NCBI GenBank assembly: GCA_011109175.1
Contig: RDEW01000003.1
Span: forward strand, 434,001-498,000
Direction: 5' to 3'
Origin: Dicyema japonicum
Lineage: Eukaryota; Animalia; Dicyemida
DNA length: 64,000 nt
The stretch's first letter is position 1. Every line of letters starts with the position of its first letter. The notes under the pieces are model-generated. The model saw nothing but the letters and a program-made list of their open reading frames with translations. It searched no databases and was not told the DNA's origin. Made by a program: the position numbers and the translations under genes. This document shows, piece after piece, positions 28,560-41,309 of this stretch.

Positions 28560-28900
28560 CAATGTTCCATAGACAGTAAGGACAGTTATCAAGTATTGAT
28601 CCCCGCTATAGATCCCCGTGGACAGTGTTGTCTCACGATAGAGATCGATCGCCACTAAATAGTTCTGCCTGTGAACGAAGCGAACACACAGCTGATGATT
28701 CATAAGAGTCAGTTAACTTAAACAAAAGAACGCTCAAACAGAGCCCTCATCTTGGCACGATGTTCCTCCTTTGACCACAAACAAACACATATTGACCGTA
28801 CAAATGAATGCTCGTACTCACACGGGTCCTCTCGTTTGTTCATGCAGGTTAGGAAATCCAGAGGTATGGGACCTTTCCAGAAGTCCATCTCTCCGTAATT
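28560..28900 (-). mobile_element. Possible Gypsy integrase remnant
   Basis: Fragments ..AKMRALF.. and ..HRQNYLVAIDLY.. resemble integrase zinc-finger and core segments; heavily degraded. Confidence 0.3.
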
Positions 28901-29159
28901 TCAAAAGCCTTTTTTGAATATCCTAAACCAGAAATAAATTCCATTGAATCACCGCCATATCCTTACAGGGATACACAATATGTTCGACCTGCAAGCATCA
29001 AAAGAATCAATTCTTTACAGTTGCTTGTAAATAAGCGTGAATATCTTTCAAGTCGATTTTTATTGACCTCAAATTCAAAATTTGACCTAAAATTGATTTT
29101 ATTGATAAAATTTTGAATACTAAATTTCAAAAATTGTCTATAACCCAAAGTAATCCATC

Positions 29160-30320
29160 ATTGATGACTTATTCAACCAATCATTTTTTATTGATGATCA
29201 AAAAATATTTACTGAGAAGGAAGATACATTGGTGAAGATGATATTGATGAGTATTTCAGTGTGGTTGGACTTTAGTTTTGAGAAGTCTGCCACTAATCTG
29301 AAATGTATGGAAGACGTAAATCTGGATGGGTATGAAAGCTATCACTACCTCGGAGTGTTAGAAGACAAAGGATGTAATGTCATGAAGTCCAGCATTTGTC
29401 AAAGAAAAGATGGATTGCGGGTCCTTTAAACTAAGAAAACACACATGACCACAATCACAGGATTCCTTGCTTTCAAGTACAAGGCACTCAAGTTAATATA
29501 AAGACTATTAGAGAAAGTCAGGAGAAAGGCCCGATTGATTCTATTGCGAAGAAACCACTTTACTCTATGGTGTTTAACAGTCACTGAGATGGGAACGTTG
29601 ATCTGGCCGGGTCTTTGGAGTGGTTGACCAGCGGAAATAATTCCCCGATATCAGAGGGCATGTATTTTTTGCTTCAGGACAAGAAATTGTTTTTTGATAC
29701 TAATAATTCAGATTGTAGTCATTGCAAGAAGGCCAAAAAATCAGTGGATCATTTGGCTACACGTTGTAGCAGAATGCTCAATAGTGACTACGAGGAGGCA
29801 TAACGAAGTTGTTAGATGCATTCACCTGCATTTGTGTAGAATGTATGGCATCCAAAAGTCTAAACGTCTAAAACACACTCAGTTCAATCAATTGTTACGA
29901 CGCAGAGAGTGAAATTCAATGTGGACACATACATCATAACTGACACTGAAGTTCAACACAATAAGCCAGACATTCTCGTGTATGACAAACTGAAGAATGA
30001 GATGGGATTATGGAGGTTGGAATCACCACACAATAAGCACTCAAGCATACAGAAGTGGAAAAGCTACACAAATATGACTTTCTCGCTGAAGAATTGAGCA
30101 TGTTATATGACGCTCCTGTGAAGAATTATTCCTGTGGTTTTGACATGGGACGGGATTATCTCCACGTGCTGCAGAAATCATTTGAAAGCTCTCTCGATTG
30201 ATGTGCCAATAAGAGCGTATATTCAATCGGAAGGTTTTAAAGAAGACATTAGAAAGTATTATTGTTGAGCACAAATATGGAGTCAAGATACCAACTGATG
30301 AAATCCTTAACGCGTGAGGC
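29160..30320 (+). mobile_element. RLE-type (R4/Dong/NeSL-like) non-LTR fragment
   Basis: FIDD, YHYLGVLE, CSHC..VDHLATRC, HNEVVRCIH, KPDILVYD, EVGIT, VLTWDG; frameshifted. Confidence 0.85.
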
Positions 30321-30871
30321 GACTGGAAGAGCGGAAAAGTTATTATATTGTCGAGGAGTCAGACCCACGGTCCGAGGAGGAAGTGGAAGTCAAAGGATAT
30401 GTTAGTTTAGCCTAACCATAGTTGACTGAATTTTTCATATTTTTATGCCAAATAAAAAAAATATGAAAAAATTAACCAAATTCTATATTAAACTGCGAAA
30501 GCCACGTGGCACGTTATTTGATGGAAAGTCGATTTAATTATTTTTTTTCAATTTTTATAGAAATAACAAAAGTATTAAAATAAAAAATAGATTAAAAATT
30601 ATTATTTAATTAAAATCCGGGACTTCCGTAAGATGGCAAAGTCCCTGACTATCTCCTCGGGCCGGACATCAAACTATATCTAGACGCCTGCCAGAAATAC
30701 GTGAAGAAATCTTCCCCATTGTGGAGATTAATCCAAGACTCCAAAACTAACCGCATGAAAAGGACTGGTATGGACACCAGGGTCACTTAATTAGACGATA
30801 ACTATATATGGTAACCGTACTTGGAAGGTATATAGAAAAATAATGTGCCGAAATTCGAAATCAGAGGCACT

Positions 30872-31050
30872 GATCATTGGGTGAGTCAGTCCTTGTAGAC
30901 GATACGGTTCCGCAGTGAAGAGTTCGGTGATGACGGAGACACTCGTCGTACCAAATGTATTGTAGATGCATGGAACCGTCAGCCTGAATGTAGTGCAACG
31001 GAGTTCGAACCAGGAACAATCTGAATTTGTCCGGCACTTAGAACACTGGC
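30872..31050 (-). mobile_element. tRNA-derived SINE (uninterrupted copy)
   Basis: B box GGTTCGAACTCC plus body CATCACCGAACTCTTCACTGCGGAACCGTATCGTCTACAAGGACTGACTCA; related copies at 43040-43212 and 46355-46479/49870-49930. Confidence 0.7.
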
Positions 31051-31491
31051 GGATTTTAAAAATCTTGTGTTTAATGTTAGGAAAGGAAAATCGACCAATC
31101 ATTCAAATAATAAAATGGCTTAAAGAATGGCGAGATCAGTCTGCCAAAGATGGCTTAATGTCCAAATTTATATTTCTCAAAGTATCCGCTTAACAATAAT
31201 TGCAGGCCCCCTCTTCCCTCAGAAAATACCCTATCAAAATAAAGTCAGGAAACGACTGTAAGCTATTGGAAGGATTTGGTTTGCTTTATAATAGCTATTT
31301 AGGTCCTAAATTGTGCTCTATGATTGATCAACGTTTATCTCAGTTAAATTCGAAAACAACTGCACCACTTGATCCACGTGGTTCAGTTTGTGATTCGAAA
31401 AATAGTTTTCAATTGAGTAAAGGGTCACATGGTTATGCTCTCATTATGGCTCTGACTGAAGTGACTGACTATTTAATTTAATTGGCGAACC
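31049..31491 (+). pseudogene. MUS81: Partial duplicate of the MUS81 5' region (introns retained)
   Basis: High identity, inverted, to 45660-46125 (KWLKEWRDQSAKDGLMSKFIF..SSLRKYPIKIKSGNDCKLLEGFG..); truncated. Confidence 0.9.
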
Positions 31492-31604
31492 ACTAAACAA
31501 CTGGTGAAAATAAACTAAACAACTGGTGAAAATGCTTCTCCAGTTGATCTATGTTGCAACCGTGAGAGGCATTTTAATTATATAAAATAAATAAGAGATA
31601 ATAT

Positions 31605-31676
31605 GCCCAAGTAGCTCAGCGGAAGAGCGTTAGACTGAAGATCTAAAGGTCGTTGGTTCAACTCCTACCTTGGGCA
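31605..31676 (+). tRNA. tRNA-Phe(GAA)
   Basis: Cloverleaf: acceptor GCCCAAG/CTTGGGC, D arm GCTC/GAGC, anticodon arm TTAGA-CTGAAGA-TCTAA, T loop TTCAACT; followed by a T-run terminator. Confidence 0.95.
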
Positions 31677-31719
31677 ATTTTTTTAATTCAGATTTTTAAT
31701 AAAATTATTGGTATATTAA

Positions 31720-32270
31720 TAAGTTTTATTTTGGCTTTATAAATTTAAACAATAGAAGTCAGGTAGTTGCCGCCCTCACCGCGTGGCTGTTCCCTCTCAA
31801 AATTGCGAGCGAAATTCGCTCAAATAGCCAGCGTCGTTCGCGGAGATCTCCAGTCCGCTTTAACACAGTGGACTGTAGATAGGCCTGGAGCTTCCTATCT
31901 ACCCCCAACTGCTTCAGATAACCCATGTGGTACTTTGTTGCAATTCCTTCCCACGTCATTACTATAGGAATAACGAGGACCTTGCAACCAAGCATCTGCC
32001 CCATCTCGTTTGCAAGAAAGTCATACTTCCTTTTTTTCTCCACCTCCACAGTCTGCAAACGGTCTTGAGACGTGATGCCAACCTCTATGATAAGGACTTG
32101 GCCAGACTCCTTATCGTGTACCACAATGTCCGGTTAATTGTGCTGACTAGCACCGAAGTACAGATAACACTGTCTACCTTAATTTGGACCCTGGTGTTCT
32201 CTACTACAGATTGCACCTTATGAGTCCGCAACTTTCTGGTGTGGCGAATACCATACTTATTGCATAGTAG
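31720..32270 (-). mobile_element. Chimeric retro-fragment: R4/NeSL-like RLE region fused to a CRE-like 3' tail
   Basis: ORF 31759-32124 is near-identical to 47270-47735 up to STVLKRT, then switches to GDLRERRWLFERISLAILRGNSHAV*. Confidence 0.85.
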
Positions 32271-34624
32271 ATGTTTGTTACTCGGGCATGCCTTTTAGTA
32301 TCTCCACCGTTGAATCTAAATCCCAAGTGGGGGGAACTTGCCGTTTTAACTAATTTCAAAAAAATTATGAAATCGACGTATGTAGAATTCCTAGTACGAC
32401 AACTTGTGACTGTAAAATGATAAAGACACTTGGCCAGAGAGTCACCAGCTCGATCATCTTTATTAATAACCTCTGATATACCTGAGACAGGTTTTATCCA
32501 GTTCCACCGGTCGGAGTGGGATGCATCCTTTCTAGCATCACATCATCGTAGGAACCATTTAAGTGAGAATTATTCTGTGGATAGGCACTGGGCGTCTCCT
32601 AAATTAGGCGAATCCCATGACACTTCTAGGGAGCTGAAGAAGTCAAAGATCAGATCGGAATCCTTCGACCTGGTAGATGACGATTCAAACGCACACCTGA
32701 GCTTGACACAAGCAGCAGCACTAACCACTACGCTATGTGGTCCTTGCCATCATAGTTGACCAGCCTTCCATTCACAGGAAATCATAAATTTACAAAACGC
32801 ACGTGTGCTACTATTAAAAAATATCCAATGAACATACCCTAAGACAAAATCCGAATATCCCTCAATTCTTTAAGACAACTAGAATGTTCCTTCATATCCA
32901 CATTCTACAATTTTAGTTTATTCACCATCACTTCTCCCATTCTAGCAAGGCTCACGCTAACCAACTGCTCAAAATGGGACTCTTACTACCCTCACCAAAC
33001 GAAATATCGCCTTTCAAATCACCATTATGAAGGGGTAGCCATGTGCTCAGTGACAGAACCTCATTCAACAGTTTTTTCTACGTGAGACTGGTCAGTACGG
33101 ACTCCACCCTGAAAAAATCCACCTATTATTATCCTTCGACTATCAATTCCCTTAGAAAGTAGTTGATCAATCAACCTGGACACTTAAAATTTATTTGTTA
33201 CATTTACGGTTCGCTGCCGCAGAATTAATTCTAGAAACACCCTCTCGGGCTAATTCCGATGTAACAAGTCAAGAATAGTAATTTAAAAATATTATTAATT
33301 TTAAAATATTTTTTAAAATAATCAAAGGTTTTTCTTAGACAATAACAGCCACGTTCCAGCATCAAATTCAATATACAGTAAGCCCCCGTTAATCCATCTT
33401 GAGTCAGCAAAATTTTACCAAGAATCCACACAAATAGGCTTCATAACTTAAAATTCATAATCCGAAGGACATTTATTAAAAATTTCGTATTAATTTATTT
33501 TTTTATTCTACGTTTAAATGAATTTACATTTTAAATTTAAAATCTTGCCACATGGTCAGAAAGAGGACCAAATAACTTAAGTTGACTATTTAGTATTTAA
33601 AGTACCGAGGGAGAATGGACAACGGGTAATTTTTAGAATGACATTGAAGTGAATTTTGGTAGGTCCAAAATTTGAATATTTTGAACCAGAAAACCACCGT
33701 CAGAGTTATAATGAAAAATTCAGGTGATCCTGGTCTCTCTCAGCAGTCTTCGCATGCTCCACATAGAACCACACTAACGTTGGCACCAAGTGGTCATTCA
33801 CTTCCAAAAATGCTCCACGTTTTATTTATTTAACACCCAAGACCACGGTAAAACCAAAACTAACTATCACGTGATCCCGATGCGCTCCGCCAAAATCCTC
33901 ATTCTTTCCCGGTGCTCCTCCCTCGTACCCACACAAACTCGTACAGGGCGGCTGACTATTTTTTTTCTAACGTTAAATAAAAATAGCGAAAATTATTTTT
34001 GAGAAAAATATAATTAAATTAATTATCATGTGTATTTTTTAATCAATTTCCAAATTTTTGTAAATTTGTGCATTTTTCCTGTCCTTTATAAATCTCCCAA
34101 TTTCCTTAATGTAGGTCGTCCACGGATACACGGAACGTTCAGAACAAAGTATTCCTCCATAGGGGGTCCATAGGTCCAGATGAAGTATATGACCTAGAGG
34201 AAGACATCAAATGCACTAAAACTATGCTATAATGTGCCAGAGCCACGTCACCGGCTTAACCTTACGTCAAATAAACCACTAAGCTAGTTGAAGTGCTCCA
34301 CAAGTACCAGAAAATCAGATTCTTTCAAAAAAGCAACTTACTGATTCCTTGACCCTGACAAGTTCTATTAATACAGTTGACCAAGCAAAGTGATCCAGAA
34401 AACATTATCAGAGAAGCTTAGGTTGATGCCAGAACTCTTTCGCGGTGAGTAAAATAGTCTCCTAGATACGGATCCTTTGGCATTGGGTGTCTCCTGAGTA
34501 TAGCGGATCCAATGACGCCAAAAGGAAGAAAAATCTTCAATCAAGTAGCGACATGACACCACGTGGCCTGGGGATAATCAGAAATATTTAATTTGTTAAA
34601 AATTTAAAACCAAGGCGACGACGA

Positions 34625-36675
34625 ATGAACTCATTTCACTCAGCCAGTAATATATACGAATAAAACACAGAGATCAACCTGGAGACCAAACTAACCGAGT
34701 TTTCGGACGGCCAAGAAATAACACCAAAGAAGACTGCATTCGTCTTTGATCTGTTTGACGAACTGATCAGTAAAGTTTCATATTATCGACCACTGGGGGA
34801 AAAATAAGAGATTACCTGAAGAGTATCACATTTAAATCACCTCAGAGGCCATTTACAGTTCCTCGGTAAAATCCTCGAGTGATGAAGGAGACGAATATGT
34901 CCCATATTTCGAATTAGCCGATTTTTACATGAAAGAACACCCAGAAGTCAAAATCCTCAAGAATAAAATTGAAAGTCTGGAGACAAAGTCGGGATTGCTA
35001 ATTTCAAGATTGGAGGAGGAAAGGTCGTTAAATACTGAGATGACTCGGAGATATGACGAATTAAGCACAAACCATGATGAAATTAGAATGAGGCTGAATC
35101 TAATGGAGAGCAAATTCCACTGCATCGAGGAGAATATTCACGAGTAGTTATGATAAATATTTCAGAGCACGTGACGAAAATAAAAATTTAAAGGAAATTT
35201 TTAACCGCAAAAAATTCGAAATCGAAGGCTTATTTTCCGCGTTAAAAGTACTTTGATCTCGAAAAGTAGAACAAATTGGAGTTAAACGAGTTTTTACTGA
35301 AGAACATGGCGTTTTACAGCAAACTGTACAGGAAAATCAACGCCGGTCTATTTTTTGTAGCAAATTTAGAATTTTCTAACAATTTTAAGAGCGGTGGTTC
35401 CAGAATTTCGAAGGGGGACTCGTCAAAATCAGTATTTTTCCCGCTTACTTTAGAACAGAAAAACGGAGAATCTGCTAGAGCTAGAAAAGTCGGAGAAGCA
35501 GCTCATAGATATCCACAATCGACTGATATCCGGTCTTTTGTTTGAGTGAATTGGAGATTTTGAAAGAGGCCGAAGTCTCGGGGAAAGTTCGTCAGACAAT
35601 GTGGGAGAATAAGCTTATCTTAGACCAATTTCAAGGAAGCTTCGAGGCGAATATTTACTGAAATCGATCGCTTACAAAAAACGCGGAATTTTATTCAACC
35701 CGAAGCCGGGAATATTATTTTCAGCCAGCAGGAAGAGGATGAGGTGGATTTTCAGGAAGAGGTCGACCTTTCTCTCAAAAATATGAGTAAAACCGTTCAG
35801 CAGATGGTAAAATTTCATTGAGAGCGATAGGTCTCCACTTTTGACTTAAAAAGCAAAATCAGGGTTGACTATGTGCCTAGAATTATGGGAAACGTTAAAA
35901 TGCCATAATTTTTAGGATATTCTCAAGGAGACGTTGACTCAGTTTACCTCTCATTGGAAGGACTGCCGCAGCGAATCATCTCTCCGACCCTTCCAAGTAG
36001 TGTCCCCTGAAAAATGAGATAGGAAGAATTTAGGAGCTTTTTGAACGAGCAGTACGGATCGGACAATTCAGTCTCGTTGGTGATTTGTGATGTCTGCAAT
36101 TCGATTGATCACTACTCTGAGGACTACGTGGTTGTAGCATGCACGTGAGTTTAAGATGGCCGATATCTTCAAGAGGTTCATCACAGGAGAATCCTCTGTG
36201 AATGTTATATATTACATTGACCTGGTGGAGGCTCATTTGGCAAACTTGACTTGGAAAATTTGGACGATTTCCGAATATTTATGTCCTCGACGTATCCGTT
36301 TTTCAAAGACGAGGACTTGGCGAATGCAGAGCTTAGCTTCATTGCATTTGGTGGGAGGAAGTTCTCTCCAAATCTAGTTTTGGATTATATTATCAAAACC
36401 ATCGCTATCGACAGAGAACCGAGAATTCAGAGAGTTCGTATTTCTGTAAATGTAGATCTCCAACACGTTGGATTTGTATAAAAGCAGGGAAAATTGTATA
36501 CTAAAGGACAAATTGAAATTCACCTTCAAAGACATTTTTGGAAATTTGATCAGGAAGAATTAGGAAAAATGCTTCAAAATATAGAAAACACAGAATATTT
36601 TTGAAATCAATAAGCTTGCAGGTTGTCAATATGTAAGATTTAGAAATTGGCGCTTACATTGATTTAAAAAATAAT
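34625..36675 (+). CDS. Uncharacterised coiled-coil protein, multi-exon (N-terminus loosely TSNAXIP1_N-like)
   Basis: ATG 34625 and a 24-nt intron lead into INLETKL..AFVFDLFDELISKVSYYRPLGEKIRDYL..YVPYFEL, then heptad exons and further tiny introns. The 3' end is approximate. Confidence 0.65.
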
Positions 36676-36719
36676 TTATTTTAGAAAAAAAATAAAATGT
36701 TAAAATTAACCAAATTAAC

Positions 36720-37270
36720 CATTAGCGATTTTTCTAGACAACCTATTCGCCAGTCTCCTCAGGTAGGTTGGAACAGCACCGAGAGCGTATTGTCTAATAG
36801 AGTTTCCAGCCCATATGGCATTTCGGGCTCTGCCTCCCAGTACTCCACTTTAAGGCTCTCTAGAGTTCGCTTTAAAACAGTGGAATGTAAGTATGCCTGG
36901 AACTTCCTATCTACTCCTGTCTTAGATAACCCTTGTAGTACTTTGCTGCAATTCTTTCCCACATCATTACTATTGGAATAACCAAGGAACCTTGCAACCA
37001 AGCATCTTGCCCCATCTCGTCAACTTCTACAGTCTACTAGCAGCCTTGGGATATAATTACAATTTCTATAATAAGGACTTGGCAAGACTCCTTACCGTGT
37101 ACGACAATCTCAGGGATATTGTCATTGACAACCACCTAGGATCGGACAGCACAGTGGACCTTGATCTGGACCCAGGTGTTCTTTACGACAGATTGCAATT
37201 TATGAGTCTGCAAGTTTTCTGCTTTGGCAAATACCATTGCATAGTAGGAGATGAAGACATCTCACTACCT
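36720..37270 (-). mobile_element. RLE-type non-LTR 3' fragment (same family as 46631-47930)
   Basis: DRKFQAYLHSTVLKRTLESL..; diverged copy. Confidence 0.8.
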
Positions 37271-37352
37271 ACTTACTACCTCCACATTTAGTCATGACAG
37301 AGAAATTTTAATAAGTTTTAAAAAATTTAAAAAAACATATTAATTTTGACTT

Positions 37353-37353
37353 A

Positions 37354-37385
<32 letters not shown>

Positions 37386-40300
37386 AAAAATTTATTAACA
37401 ATAAAATATTATTTATTAACTATGGGGAGAGCGGCTGCTGACATCACGGAGTAAGCGTTTCCGCGAATAACAGCGATACCAATTCTTTGCCTCAGCCAGA
37501 CCGCTTCCCGCACGTCTTTCTTGCGGTGGGCCAATTTTCCCCCGATTTCCTTTAGGAAAGAGGCTGTAATACTTCCAGCCGCACCAGACGTCTCGATTGC
37601 TATCGGTACAAAACGGTAGCGGTCTCCAATTTCGCCATATTTTTTAATCTTGATTTTTTCGGCCAGATCGGCTGCCGATCCAGCAGACTGCGCCGAGCTG
37701 AGCATCATCGAGTTCGAGAAAGAATCCACAACAGTGCAGTCCCATACGAGCGATTTTCCCTCAGTGAACGGAAAGACAGTTAACCCATCCGGTCTTTTCC
37801 CATCTCCGCGGTCCAATCCCACAGGTTCCAATACTGCCGGGAAGCCTGCCGCTTCAAGAGCTCGCAAGACAATGTTGTTCATAGCAGCATGGCGGGGTGC
37901 TCTGCCCGCACTCCTTTTGCACGAGAGCGGGTGCAGCCCTTTGGCATCGACGATCCCTCCACAGCGACATTGGTGTTCGACGCAAACATCAGCTCCCAGG
38001 CGTTGTGCGATTCCAATCCGAATACAGTCATCGTCCAATAGGGTCCCCAGGGAGGAAGACGGGAGTGCATCCAGCCACGCTCCGCTCCCATGGTTGGCGG
38101 CGGACACGAGGCATGCAAGACGATGCTGGTTGGCCTCAGACTTTAGCACGTCGAAGATATTCTTGGAGTAAATATCATCCCAGTCACGTTGCCTCGAAGG
38201 ATCGTTCGGCATATCCAAACCAGTTTCACACCATTCGCAACGAGCTTCGTCGAAGACTTTTTCCCAAGAGAGTCCGGTTGTAATACGTAGGATTTCTTGG
38301 ACCAAAAGGCTTCCACTTGAGAGCGATGACACATATGCTGGATAGGCGATCTCCAGCGCCGACCTGAGACCCGTTCCTCCGAGGCGTGTAGGAAGCTTGC
38401 ATTGGTTCCAACTCGGCGCATCAAACTGGATGTTTAGAAGTAATTCAGCCGATTTTCTCAATGTCCTATCCAGTGACAGGAGGATGTCACGATGTTTGAA
38501 GCAGGGAGAACATCGGAGAGCATATAGGAGTTTGGGCAAGCCGATGCTATTCTTCAAAAGGAAAAACGCTGTATGACCATCGAGTAAGGAAAGTTTATCC
38601 GTGACTCTGGAGAGTTCATCCTCTTTTGTTTGTAGATGGCTCCGCAGTTCCTTTTCGTCAAGTGGGCACCCAAGAAAGTATGTCCGCTCCCTGGGTACGA
38701 CAGTAATTCCAGGTAATACCGAGTTGAAAGACTCGACCACGTTGATGAAATCACTCTCCGAGTATGTGATATTTATTAGCTCCGATTTCTTTATGTTTAT
38801 CTCAAGTCCGAGGTTTCGTAGTGCTGGCACGGCATGTGACAGAACGTCGTGTACTTTTCTCCACGGCCCTCCAATTGTGGCGTCATCGAGATACCAAAGG
38901 TTAAGTTGTGTGTTTATAGAGCGGACAATTTCATCGATGGCCAGAGCGAAGAGTAGTGGACCAAGTGGGTCTCCTTGTTGAACTCCGGTCTCCGAACAGA
39001 TAATCTTGTCCCCGAAAACCAGTGAAGAATTTGTTCCGTAAGCGAGGAAGACAAGTGGAATAAGTTCCGGGGCTCGTTTGCTTGTAGTTTCGAAAATTTG
39101 ATCCCTCCTCAATGAATTGAAGGCATTGCAGATGTCCAGCTTGACCCCAATGTGTGGGTTTTGTTCGTCATTCTGTCCAAAAAAACACCTCGCAGCATGC
39201 ACTGCCGCCTCGCATCCGTTCCTTACACCAACCCCCAGTTGGAGGGGGAAAATTCTTCAGATATTCTCGGAGAGACAATGCTGCATGCAATTTTCGCTGT
39301 CAATCTTCTGAAATAGTTGCCGACTGCGATGGGGCGGACCCCACCTTCAGGTTTTTTGAAGGCCAATAAATGTGCACTGAAAAGGAGCTCCCTTGCGTGG
39401 GGAGGAATATCTCCGTTCAAAATACGCATAACCAGTTTTGTAATTGATTTGACAAGGTTGCAGCCAGCTTCTGCAGTAGCCTCCGCCGTAAGATCTTTGA
39501 TGTGACCCGGCCGCAAGCCATCGATGCCTCCACTGCTACTCGCCGCAAAGGACGAAATGCCGCGTCGCACTTCGCCTTCGGTGACGGTCATCCTTGACAA
39601 ATTTCCCGGAAGCACGAATGGGCGGTAATCTTCCGGAGCACATGGATGTTTATGTCTGAGTAGTTCTAGCACCTCAGGTGTCGCAGCCATAACAGTTTCG
39701 TCGCTGGCGACGACGCGCAACGCCGCTCGGACGTCGCCTTCGAATAGTTTGCGGTTCACTCTCTCTTTAAGTTTTTCCGGGCCATTCAAATAAACAGAAG
39801 GATTGGAATCAGAATGTCTTGATTTCTTGACTTCCGTCTTGGTGAGAGAATGCACATAGAAAACCTGGATGTTCTTCTTCATTTTTGAGGAAAGGGAGTT
39901 TCCAAGTGTCGTGCTTTCCTCTGAATTCCGTTGATCTCCCTTTGAGTCGATAAATGGAATTCCAAGGGCCATCGGAGCAAAACTGAGGAGTTTTAGCCAG
40001 GCCTCCAGGTCGTCGGAACGTGAGAGCATTGTCAATTGCAGAGGCCAGACATGTAGCCGCGGGGATCCGGACGGGTCTTGGGATCCTGATTGGGATCTTC
40101 ATGGCTTTCCTTAGATCCGACAAGAAGAGCAAGAGGTTGTCCATATTATTGAAGTCTAGAGGCTCGTTTGGTTCAACGTGCTCGTTTGGAATGATCCTCT
40201 GGGTTTTCCGACCAGTTCCCATGCAGACACTGCAGTTCCAAAGGCAGAGCGAGCACGCAGCCCGCTGAGACATCTTTATGCATCCAAGGTGGAAAAAGTC

Positions 40301-40483
40301 ACGGCAAGACGAGCAGAAAAGTCCATATTTGCGTGCATTGGCAAAACCGCATGTAGAGCATGTAGTGTCCAGTCTCTCGGGTGTAATGTGTGTTGATCCA
40401 TTGTATGAACGACGCTCCATGATTGATATTGAAACAGTTTGCTAAATTGTATAAATCGGAAAAACTATTTTTAGATATACCAA
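37353..40483 (-). mobile_element. Near-intact CRE-like non-LTR retrotransposon (PHD finger - RT - CCHC - RLE) with poly(A) tail
   Basis: ORFs 40420>39809, 40035>39223 and 39202>37409 join via two frameshifts. Motifs RPIAVG, QLGVG, NAFNS, GVQQGDPLGP, WYLDD, CRCG..HPLSC, GKRPDG..WDCT, QRIGIAVIRGN. About 28-nt poly(A) at 37354-37381; candidate TSD TGACTTA. The 5' boundary is uncertain. Confidence 0.93.
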
Positions 40484-40515
40484 TGACTTAATTATACTTC
40501 TTATTTAGAAAAAAA

Positions 40516-40587
40516 TGCCCAAGGTAGGAGTTGAACCAACGACCTTTAGATCTTCAGTCTAACGCTCTTCCGCTGAGCTACTTGGGC
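40516..40587 (-). tRNA. tRNA-Phe(GAA)
   Basis: Identical to 31605-31676; T-run terminator follows on the minus strand. Confidence 0.95.
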
Positions 40588-41309
40588 ATTAATTTTTCTA
40601 TTTACTTTAGATGATTAAAATAAATGTTATTTTATCCTTAAAATCTTATATTTTATTTAATGAACATAGATTTCTTTTGTTCAGTGTATGATTAAGTTTG
40701 TCGTAAAACCGGCTTGCTTTCATGATTTCGTAATGTTCTTTTCAATCAACCTCAAGAATATAGGCGAACCTGTCATTCGGTTATATTTTCCTGCTACTGT
40801 TAGCAATTATTGACATTATATATACAGTAAACCTCATTAATCCGAACTTCTATAATCCTAATTTTTTGATTAGCCAGCAAAATTTTACGAAGTTGCCATG
40901 CAAACAGGTTTCAATCAACCAAAGTTCATAATCCGCAATCCGAAAGATATTTATTTATCAAAAATTTCTGATTAATTTATTTTGTTTTTATTCAACATTT
41001 AAATAAATTTAAATAACTTATAATTTAAATTTAAATCTTACAGTTTAACGTGGTTTGAAAGAGGATCGCACAGAAAAGATTTGTGAAATAAAAAATACAT
41101 CAAAAATACTCTCAGAGAATTATCTCATATCTGTAAAATACACATTAACCTTCATTTGGGAATTTCGACACTTTCAGAATTTCTCAAAAACCGTGAAAAA
41201 TGGGAAAACTGAAACTACGATTAACAAGTCAAGATAATGGTAAACATCATCGACTTGATAAATATAATGGATTTCAAGGATGGATGTAATTAATGGTTGA
41301 TTGCTAAGG

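Noticed and set aside
33230-33480. Small gene between AT-rich tracts
   Set aside because: Could not build a consistent spliced ORF or recognise a domain.
37650-38981. Plus-strand ORFs of 126-173 aa overlapping the CRE element
   Set aside because: Antisense shadows of a GC-richer coding region with no recognisable motifs.
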